NCBI GenBank assembly: GCA_051362555.1
Contig: CM120648.1
Span: 5,204,587 to 5,268,586 of the forward strand
Origin: Lingula anatina
Taxonomy: Eukaryota > Animalia > Brachiopoda
Reading direction: 5' to 3'
Length of the DNA stretch: 64,000 nucleotides
Position numbers and translations under genes: made by a program
Notes under the pieces: model-generated
The model's database searches: none
What the model was told of the DNA's origin: nothing
The model's input: the letters and a program-made list of their open reading frames with translations, nothing else
Shown: positions 52,962-64,000 of the stretch, piece by piece
Position numbering within the stretch: position 1 is the stretch's first letter
Layout of the letters: each line of letters begins with the position of its first letter

Positions 52962-55714
52962 TCTCGTTTCAGTTTCCTGTCTATGTATTCTACAATGTCC
53001 CTTTTCGTGAAAACAACCCTAGAGTGGGAAAGAGAAGGCTTAATTCTACAAAGTGACTCTGCAGACCCACTGTTTTTGAGAACAGCCGATGTTTCGCAAC
53101 ACGGTGAAGTCAGCTTTAAGTTTGGAAGAAATGATTGTTGACCTTTTAAGGAGTTTATCTTTTGTAAACACGGGCAACTTAATACATCACTGACGTTTGA
53201 ATAGATACAATGGACTGCATTCCAGTCGGTGGGTCGAGCAACGCCACTAGATGTTATTGCTGGGATGGATGTTTGATTTTTTTCATTACTGTTTTTCTTC
53301 TGGGAATCTTGAATTTGTCTTTGATAGGATAATTATCCTCGCGTTGTATCGAGGCGCTTTTGTTTTGTCTATAACGTGCAGTATACAAATTAGGTTACCT
53401 ATCCATTCTGAACTTTGCAAAATAGGTACAAACCTTTATCAGATAAACTTTGTCATGACACTATAGAACGCACCACACCGGTCTATGCAATTTAAGAATT
53501 TGAAGGTATTCAATTTCTCCACTGACAAATAAGTCTAGCTGCAACCTGCATTTTTTTTAATATGTGATTTATGCGCTTTAACAGAGTTTGATTTACGTTG
53601 TTTGATAGAAAGTGCAAAAGTAGTTAAATAAAAACGTGTATAATGACAACAGGAATGACATGTTCACCCCAAGATATCAAACCAGAGTAAACATAAGGGT
53701 ATATACTATGATAGACTTATAGAATCTTATAATAAAAGCTCCATTCCCCTGGATGTACACTATTTATTTCATGTGTTTGCAAAACATATTGGTTAAAAAG
53801 TAACGAAAAAAATGTTGCCTTTTAAAATAGGAAGGCTGGTGGCATTTGTGTTCATCGTGTTTATATTTTATGTTACATTTCAAAAACAATATTTTAAGAC
53901 ACAAGAAAGATCTGTGCAACAGATTCAAAAATGCTGGTTTGTCAACAACGTGACCTCTCTGCCGGTGGTTAAGCTTTTAGCTCGAAGAGTGAGTCGGACG
54001 TAAAAAGGTAAATAGACACGGTTGCCACTAGTACATAACAGCTTAAGGTACATCATTATCGAACACCTATTTCAACACTGGTATCAAATGTAAACAGGTA
54101 AAGTTAATCTACATTGGTTGATTAATTGTGCCAACTTATTAAGCCCTGGTTACACTGATGTTTCGCTCCTGGTTCGCGGTTTGCAGAATTCATTTCAACT
54201 TAAGAATTTTCTATAAACAGGCAAACGCCAAGAGGTTTCATTTATAATTAAATCAGTTTTAATTCGCTGTTATTGAAATTCAGCTGGGCCATTTATAATG
54301 CAGGTGCGTAGGTACTACGACTTATTTAGGCTTGAGAATCAAGATAAAGACAACTCTAGAAAATATTGTTGGAATGAAGTAAACGATATGGGATCCCGAT
54401 TTTTTAAAGGGAGCAAATATGGGGAAACTGCCTGTCCGACGCTCGAAATACCAGAGAACCTGCAAGATTTTTGATACTGTAAGCCCAATGGACTGTCAAG
54501 GGTACACGTACTAGAATATGTGAAAATACAATACATAAATGTATTAATAAGTAACATGTTCACACAGACTTATTATAATGGAAATAAAATGCCAAGTTTG
54601 GACCTGCATTAACTTGGGACCTGAAGAATTTCTTTAGTGCGGGTCCTCAGGATTTTCACTATCTCCAAATTTTTCTTCACGTCTGAGGGGGTCGCGGGGT
54701 TAATATGTGATTTAGTTCATTAGCAAAACCTCATAAGGCATGGCTTTTTAATCAATTTCATTTCGAAGATATATATATATATCTTGTAAATAAGTCGTTC
54801 ATGATAATTCCATCCAATAACTGACAGTTAATAGAAAGTATCAGGCGCAGCAGCTCGAGTTGATATTATTGTTACAAATGGGAACACGAGCAAGAGTTAC
54901 ATGCGCGCGTCTGTGAGTTTTTATCAGAATTAAAAGACAACAATCGGATCCTGTACACACATTAATTTCTTATATTTGTTTTCTTATAAATGGTATGGGC
55001 GTCCTCCAATCACAATACGTGTTTTCAGGGACTATTGAAACTTAAAGCTGAGATATATGAAATGATAACGACAAGTCATACAGAGTATACTCAACGAAAA
55101 ATCATTTAACTCTCTTGCTGGGATTGTACATCTTGTGTGACAAATCTCAATGAAATTAAAGGTAACATTTGTATTTATGGTATTTATGTCTCTGAGGTAC
55201 GTGTGTACTGTAGTTGTAAATCAATTTCTGTTCAGAACACTTCAAAACTGTTAATGCCTTCCATATATGTATAGGAAGAGGGGATTAAATGGTGCACATT
55301 TGGCCAAAAGTCATATGCATACTGATACTCTATTGGACCATTCTTTCTAATTAGATACTATATATATGAACCAACTTCCTTTATAAATAGTTTCCTTTAA
55401 TACAATAGGTTAAGCAATCTGTATCAAAACTTTATGACCACATTGAAACAGTGAAGTTCGTCTTTTGTTTTTGATTCACTGATACAGGCACGCTATTTGA
55501 TGTCTTACAAATAAGACATAACGTCTACCAGTTAATTAAACTGTCCTTAAAACGTTTAAACGTTGTACGCGCACCTTGCCTAATATACCGTATCGAAAAA
55601 GATTCTCCCTTTTATAATAGAATGTAATGCACATGCACTTTCCATCTTCTGTGGTCCCAAATATCACAGCAGACCCAATAGATGTCGCTTGTGTTCTATT
55701 TCTGTATCTTGGCG

Positions 55715-56198
55715 TTACTTTTTCAGCAGAATTTTCTCCAGCCCCAATATCGGTACCTCGAAGGCCAGGGACACCACCAGCGCCGCCACGTATGACAGGA
55801 CAAGGTACGCAGTGAATAGGACGCTCTGAAACGGGAGTAGCCAATGAAGAATCAGCTTCGACACATGACACGGCGAAAAAATGCGATAAAATGTGACAAA
55901 ATGCGAGAAATGAGGGAAAAATGCCAAGAATCGGAAATAGCTCCTCGAAACGATTTTATTATCTGGACACAATAAACAAACCTACTGCAGATGGATGATA
56001 GCAGAATTGGGATAATCGAGATACGCTAATTGTAAAACGCAACTTACCATTGTAAAGTCCGATACCGTTAGTTCACTTATGAGACTAGTCTGGTATGCCC
56101 ACATTATAGTGGGGTGAACAAGGTACACGGCGTACGTCATCCGGCTCAGAGGGACCCAGGCCGACCAAGACAGGAATGAGTTGATGAAACCTGAATTA

Positions 56199-56237
<39 letters not shown>

Positions 56238-59200
56238 CTTATATAATTATTATATATAATTACTTATATATTACTTGAACCGGAGCCTCAGTTTCCCAAC
56301 AACGGAATCCCAGCAACAGAGCAAAGATAGAACGTTATTAGGACGTTACCAGAACGTTGTGGAATAAAGTTTTAATAACGTATTGTGTTTGCTGGGATAT
56401 CTTTCGATAAAAGTTACCCTACCTCCATATCCCGTGGCACATGCTATGATGATCCAGCCGACGGCCACGGCCCACAGTGGCTTGCTGACCACCTCGTAGG
56501 CGATGGTTTCTGTTTTGCCCCACTGTCCGTTTTCGGTCTCGTCATGTCTGATGAAGATAATCAGCGTCACCAAGGCTAGAGATACTATCCACAACACACC
56601 AGCAAGAACCTAAAAGATTCAAGGTGAAATGGGTGACTCAAAGACTTGATTTTGGCCTCAAAACATATGTGTTTCAGTTTGGTCATGAAGAAAAAATAAA
56701 TTAATTATCAGGCCTTTAAGCATGACATGCCACATTCCACCAACATTTCCACAACCTATACGACGCAAACATGCTCTTAATTATCACGCGAGATTACTAA
56801 CATAGCTGAAGAGACCCAAAGCCATATGAATACATTACTGGTACCTTGTTGAACTTGATCTTGCGGTCTGTCTTGTACAGTATAAAACCCACAACGAGGC
56901 CGACCAAGTATGGGCCAATACGGCACCAGGGGAGAATGTAGAAGTCTGTCAGGAAATTTGGACTGAAGAGAGAACAATCAATCGCTCAGTGTCACTCTGG
57001 AAATCACATCGATTATGTTGACTACTATACAATTGTTGACTTAAGTTGACTTAAGATTACATCTTGGCTGGGTTCAACCCGAAGGCGAAGGTTTATACTA
57101 TCCCAGCTGAAGACTGAACCCACTGAAGCTAACAAGTGACCGAAACACGAATTCTGTAACTTGATCAGTAATTTAAAAGATAACTGAATAAAATTAAGAC
57201 ACTTTGAGAACTTATCGATGACGTATCTAACTTATGCAGATCCAAGATGGCGTGAAGAGTCAACTAATAGGTGAGTATCAAATTTTGTGACCATGAAACA
57301 AAAGGTACATGTAACTGTTATGAAATCAAGATCAATTTTCATCATTGGTAGTTCTTGTCGAGCTTAATTCATGCGGTGGTACTTAGTACTTTTCATTGCA
57401 TTATACTGTACTGGGACTATCTGGATTATTCACCAACCATAATGGTTTTTATTTTGAGATGTTAAATTGTAAGATAAGATATATTTACTTCGACATGATG
57501 CGAGGGTTCTCAATGCCAAGTAACGTGAAGGTTGCCCCAACTGCGTACGCGCCCATTGCCAGAATAATGAGCAAAATGCCGACTATAGGTTTCCTGAAAA
57601 AAGTAAACAATACAATACAATACAATACAATACAATACAATGATCAATTAGAATTCAAATTTATGGCACAAAGAACACACACACATATCTCATTTTTTAT
57701 TACAATACGATCAAAATTATATCAATAAAAATATATGAAAATATAAAAAAGAACAACAGAACAAAGTATGTAATGAAGCAATAATGAAACATGATATGGT
57801 CGTACAATTAGCTTGCATTGCTTTGCTCCAGGAATTTGAACAGTAGGAATAATGTATAAAACCGAATCCAACTCGTAGTTCTAAAATGCACAACATGGCC
57901 AAATTTAAGATTAACCATCATGTGCTTACCAATAAAGAGGCAACAAAAACAGCGGCGCCAAAATGTAAAACTGGAAATCGTTAGCAATATACCAGCTCAG
58001 GCCGAAACACTGAAATTAAAAATAGAAGATTAATCTGATTGGTGGAGACTTACGGAATATATTTATGGGACTTCGTATAATTCCGATTGACAAGTAGCTG
58101 CTTTTGTATTGAGACGATGAGAAATATAAGTACGAAAGTGAAGATAATTGATTGATGGAACAAATCTATGAAATATGCGAAATTACCTTGACCATACTTT
58201 TACCTGACAAAAAATACGGTACGGAAAAACGCACTCAAAATTTTATAATGCAGTGAGCTGACTCGGGTGAAGTGAGAGAAAAAGATAGATAGGTAGATCC
58301 AAGGTGTTCTCATATTATAACAATCAAACAGTAGCAATTAAGCTAATGTCATCAGTGGAAAAGTTTTTTATCATACCTCGTGGCCCTTTTCTATGTCCAG
58401 TGTGACAATGATAACAGACCCAGAGATGGAAGCCCGGGGTCCCATATGATAAGTAAAGGTAAGGGTTAGTCCTTAGTATATGGGACGATCGAATGTCACC
58501 TGTACAAAGTAACGAAAGGAACAGACTACATTTCCTACCAGACTACCGTTTCTGTCACACCGAACCAAAACAAACGTATTTACCAGCTCCTTGTTCTTCA
58601 CCACATTGTTGACATAGATCAGGTTTGTCCACCAGTTCCATTCACAGAACTGCTGGTCATAGATGCTACGCGCCGACATCGGTCCCCTGCCCATGTAGTT
58701 CTGTAAAGCCACGTAGATGAACAGTACCATGAAGTACAGCGGAGACAATCTGAAGGATAATTTGGTATATATTAATGTGTATTAAATGAAATCAAAATAT
58801 TTCATTGGCTGTGTTTATGTAAAATGATACCAATGCGTTCTTTCTGATGGTATCTTGTGAAACAATGAAAAATTGAAATGGTAAAAATAAACCTTTATCA
58901 ACTACCTGTACATTTATGGAATCTTTAGCTGACCGGAGTTCTAGAACTGTACTTTAGAATGCATGTTGGAATATGCTTTAAATGTTAAAAAATGCTTTAT
59001 ATCACTTTCAGAATTATAGTAGTATCATAGCTGTAGAATACAACTAACATACAACTTTTTACTTGCAAAACGAATACCAACAGTATCTAAATTCTTGAAC
59101 ATAAATAATATAGTAGTGTGAGTTACGTGTCATTTTCACCCATGTCGTGAATAAATTATAAAACCGTGTGTAATTTAAACTAAAAATATATACAGGGACT

Positions 59201-61564
59201 TCAACTCAAACTAAAAAAAAAACCCTGTATAATTATGCGCCGTAAGGTTTTACTGGAATCGGTAGGCCATTCAGGACTTAACTCACCGAATATATCTGTG
59301 TACGTAATACATGACCATAGTTCTGGTCTTTACACCATTCTCCCTGTGGAGTTGTCTCAGGAACAAATACGCCACCAGTACGCCGCTGGAACAAAACGTA
59401 CAAGAAAGTCACATACCATTATTATCATTACGCACTAGAACTAAAGTGTATGCGCAAAAAAATTCTTTACTCCTTTTTTCAAGACAAACACAAGATTATT
59501 GATTTTGCCGTCCAATAGATAATGAGTATTTTTAGATGAAACAAATTAAGAGTGATATACAATATAAACTCTTCCAGCAATCCAAAGTAGTGACATCTCT
59601 ACAGAGTCGACTTTATCCTAGCCATAGCCGGCTAAAATATGGCTATACATGCGTTTGTCTGAACGTTTCTACTTCAGTTTAAAGCTGATATATATAACCG
59701 AACTAATAAACCTCTTGCAAAGGTTGTTGCAGATATTTGGCAAGTTTACCTTAACAAGAAGAACGTATCCACCGAGAAATAAGCGTTGCTGACGGCCGTG
59801 AAGGAGAAGCGTTTCATTTCCAGGAACGCAAACATTATATTATCTAGAATAAAATAGACATCTAATTAACATGATATCATTCTTCAAGTATGAGAAGAGC
59901 GTGGTCGCCCTTTATTTGGTCTTGTTGGCACCAATTGGCACATGAAGATACTTACCGGTATTTGAATGATTCAACTGAATTTGCAGAACAAAACACCTTT
60001 TGTGTTATAGAAAGAAGCCAAAACGTACCAGTAAAACCAGCAGCGAAGCCGTATGTGTGGCCCAGCACAACCCATCCGATACTCATAACCCGGATACCAT
60101 TGAGACATGTAATGGCGGCACTTCCTTGGTGAGTGCTCAGTAGTCTGGGGAGAGTGGTGTACAGAGAAAAGGCAGCAAACAGGCGGACAAGAGCGGGGGC
60201 TGAACAAAAGAAGGGAATATTTCAGGATTAGGAATTGCTCATGACCATACTTCTGCTCACACATTAAATAAAATTGCTCACTATTTAAAAGGTATCATCT
60301 TACCTGCCATGTAAATGTTGCAGTATATCAAAGTGTTACAATAATCCTTTTTACCGAGGAATTCCTCCCCTCGCATAAGAAGATACCAATATTCTCTGAA
60401 TCAAATTGTTTGAAATATTGTTGGTTTCTACTTGGCGCGGTTAATTTGAAATTTAACTACCAGCACGACCCAATATTGTTAACTACTTCGATAATTAATA
60501 CATGTATGTGACATTCCTCAAATTTGCTGTTTTATTTCCTTCGTTTACATTGCAATTAAGTCATATTCGACCATATTCTCTCTTATAACCTTTAGAATTG
60601 CTACATTTACATGTAGCTTTGAGTCTTATAAAGAAATTTTTCATCAGAAAACTTTCTTAAAATTTATGTAAATATTGCCGTAACGTGTTGGCATGGGCAG
60701 GGGGGAATTCACATTTTATTTTCTAATTATGTTCTGTAATATTTTATTTTTCAACGTTTAACTTGGGTTCCTTACGCTCTGGTTTCTTCTCTTGTTTATG
60801 GTCGTCTGACGTGGACTTCGTTTGCTTTTGTTCTGCCTTCTTAAACGTCCAATTCGGCGGCATCACCACACCAAATGATTTCTCGTCCAGCACAGGCTTG
60901 TGTCCGTTTGCTGCAATATTAGATGACAGAGTCATAAATACATGCATGGAATTGTAAAATGTCTTCGCCAAGACTCGACACCCATTTAAGGTATCGTCGT
61001 CATACGTAAAATATGTAATATATAATTGGCCCAAATTCCTGCATGTCTCTATAGGGCAGAGAGAATACTTGTAGAGGTCTATAGAACCCTGAATGATTCC
61101 TAGGCAGCTCTGTATATATTCTTCGGTGTCCTTTGGGCAATTTTATCGTAAGGGATATAACAATAGGTCTATATATGAAAGCAACGTACCGATTCCATTG
61201 CTTCCATTCATTTCGACACCCTTTTCCTTCATGGAATCAAGAGTAGTGGTTGGTTTTTCATCGTCGGGTTGGTACTTCACGTAGTGGTTCAAATACGTAT
61301 CCATTGGCTGAACATCGGGTTCATAGGTAGGGTTAGTGACGCCTTCCAGGGCTTTGACCTCTTCTGTGACCTTGACCTCGTGCGGGGCCGCCGGTGTAAA
61401 TGTCTTGTCCAACCCGAATCCCTCCATTAGAGTTCCAAATACAATCAGTACAGCGAAAACAGTAAGAAGAGCACTGTAAAAGAATTGTAATTCAAATATA
61501 TATGGTTCTTGAGCCGTTTGCAACAACAACAATAACAACAAAAACAACAACAACAACAACAACG

Positions 61565-61596
<32 letters not shown>

Positions 61597-62320
61597 TAAT
61601 AATACAGAAAGACATATTGCAGGCAAAAAATCACAATTTAAATTAGCATACATAGTTTTAAATCATAAACATATATCATAAACAGTTGCCATAAAAAAAA
61701 ACAGTCTGCCTAAATTATAAACAAAAGCTCTGCGTTTTTATTAAAAAAAAAACAACAACAACAACGTACATGCATGCTATGGCCTTGGGATCCTCACTCA
61801 GGACTAGTTCCTTGTCTTTCTCACAGACGGCGTATGTGCTATTTCCTAGGACTAGAATAAAGGCGTGAGAACTGTTCTATATGGAAACTATGGACTGATG
61901 CATGGTAACGTTATTCTGTTCATTTGCATGAACATTTTTGTTAGTATTAATTATTATATTTTTGTAATACTCTTCTTATTTATAAAATATTGTAGCTTGG
62001 TTTTTCTCAGTTACCTCTTATTCAATCATACGCAGCTTGTAGATTTCTATTTAAGTTTGTCCACGGCTATAATGCCTTATTGTTTTCAAAAACAGAAATG
62101 ACTTGCGCCTGAGTTTTGGAAGCTGTTGAGTCACACATTACGTCACTCTAGCATGCCGTGCATAATTATTACAACTTGTAAACGTTGTGCAATATCATGT
62201 TTAACTTTTTCTCATATAATAACCGCACACATACACTGTATTTGGGCACGAAAACGTGGTCATAGTAAATATTTTATTCAAGATTTTTGCAAACACGCAA
62301 TACACCTAATTAGGGACCCC

Positions 62321-62402
<82 letters not shown>

Positions 62403-63301
62403 TATAAGAGAGTTCATTCAGTTCCTTAGATTATATCACTTACTCTGACTCATGATGGTCACGTCCTTAGAAGTACACGTGTTCGGCAGACACACACCCC
62501 ATTCTAAGTTAACGCCTGCTCCTAATCCTCCCACGTTCTAAAATATTAAAATATAAAAATGTATAAAATGGTTTTAGATGTATACATAAAACATATATTA
62601 AAAAAAACAGCTTGAATTACAAGGGCAGATTCCTAGTGGAAAATAAAAGATCGTGAAAATTTTGATCAATAAAATGTAGATCATTATACAATGTAACTCG
62701 GTATCTTTTCCATATTATTTGATGATTTGTTTGATTTGTTCGTTTTTTTTCCGATAAGCGCCATTTCGGGAACCAGCAAAGTTACTACAGTAGGTACTAC
62801 AATTGGTACTGGTATACTGGCTTTTAAATACTTTATAATATTCTTTACATTTTTATACTTATATAATTGAATTACCCCAGCAGGGATCATTTCGGCTGGC
62901 AGCGGTATGTGGATTTTACAGTATTCGCCATTTATCTGGCGATCGGCGGTTAGCGAGATTCCAATGGAAGCATCCCTGGGGAAGAAGACGTACATATTTT
63001 CTAGCTGACAATTACTTTTGGAATTGTGTAATAAATAAACTGTTCTCTACAATTCACTTTCTCGGCTCATTTGAAAAATTGAAATCACTCTAACAAACAA
63101 AGAAGCAGTAATACTCACACTCATAATTCGTACTTTGCGACTTTTCAAGAAAGGGGAAAAAGTGTTCGTTTTCAAACAATTTGTAAAAACATTGGTCTTA
63201 CTTAATTTCTCCTTTCACTCTCATACATTGTTCAAATTGTCCGTGCCACTTGGTGTTCCCGTACATGAGCCCAGCTTCCGGTTTACCTATAGCGTCCAGC
63301 A
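55715..63301 (-). CDS. NRF-6 / OACYL-like protein 3, 5' exon outside window
   Basis: Exons approx. 63202-63301 (LDAIGKPEAGLMYGNTKWHGQFEQC), 62875-62974, 62443-62537 (GVCLPNTCT), 61770-61851, 61190-61473, 60776-60910, 60029-60199 (CLNGIRVMSIGWVVLGH), 59750-59843, 59287-59385, 58584-58749, 57930-58009 (WYIANDFQFY), ~57490-57593, 56845-56962, 56423-56609, 56048-56190, 55715-55825 (FEVP..LLKK*). Confidence 0.9.
62322..62402. repeat. Compound microsatellite (TC)n(CA)n
   Basis: Seen directly. Others: (AAAAT)n 3430-3475, (CA)n 5930-5962 and 33442-33469, (AAAT)n 25403-25455, 42768-42811 and 50957-51008, (ATATT)n 27037-27082, (TA)n 56200-56232. Confidence 0.9.
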
Positions 63302-63330
63302 CTGAAGGATAAATAAATAAATAAATAAAT

Positions 63331-63363
<33 letters not shown>

Positions 63364-63623
63364 ATCACTGCTACCGAACTGATACATGTAACGCAAACAT
63401 TTTAAATAAACCTGAGTTGCAAGTCCTGTCGATTTCCCCCCTGAAGTCCCTGAATTACACCGGTGGGTGCCTGAATTTGCTAAGGTGGGGTGGGGGAGGG
63501 GAAAAAGAAGGAGGGGTGGCAAAGTTAAAAAAGACTGCTTCGGTTCTTCCGGCAAATACATAACAGCAGACTACAGCGCCCTTACTACATGTATAATATT
63601 TCGTTTTGCTTGTTGTATTCTTT

Positions 63624-63658
<35 letters not shown>

Positions 63659-64000
63659 TTTTTGTCTGAGGGAGATATCTTGGTACGTCTGAAGCTAATG
63701 GTGGTATGTTCTAAAACGCGTAATAACGTATTTTGAAAGTACATGTTAGTGTTGGTGTTTGTAGTCTCACCCTTGCAGCAAATCGTAACAGACGTGACAA
63801 ACATCACATCCTTCAATACCAATAGCAATCTTAATGACTATGGTAAAACATTAAAATTGATTGAAAACGTGAACTCATGGTCATAATTGATGGAGGGATT
63901 TTTAAGCATATCATCTACATCCCGTTTCCCAGCACATTAAAAACCTATTTTGTTGTAACTGAATAATAAGGTTGCTGGGTACATGTATTACTAAATCCTA

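Noticed and set aside
1-64000. CRISPR arrays, tRNA/rRNA genes, prokaryotic operons, transposase or RT ORFs; frequent TACATGTA words; many short ORFs in the track
   Set aside because: No such arrays or genes seen. TACATGTA is scattered without positional pattern, and most short ORFs are intron read-through, antisense or microsatellite-derived.

Overview
AT-rich, intron-rich eukaryotic (animal) DNA with canonical GT-AG introns and microsatellites; an invertebrate, possibly a mollusc or other lophotrochozoan (inference only). Gene order: 3' end of a rhodopsin-class GPCR (+); an SLC13 Na+/carboxylate cotransporter (+, first coding exon not found); a 13-coding-exon tyrosine decarboxylase (+); then a minus-strand cluster of three NRF-6/OACYL-type membrane acyltransferase genes (third incomplete at the window end). 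Between the first and second NRF-6 genes lies a tandem array of three 3-exon genes encoding an uncharacterised, acidic, 4-Cys protein of about 240-250 aa with a signal peptide and a GPI-signal-like tail. From memory it resembles bacterial hypothetical proteins rather than any animal family I recognise, so it is a candidate domesticated horizontal transfer. One array copy is a visible chimera of the other two, and all three share an octamer+CRE upstream module. Also present: an out-of-order pseudo-exon copy in NRF-6 gene 1, several MITE/Helitron-like insertions and a CTCF-like motif. Exon boundaries were read by eye; no searches were run.
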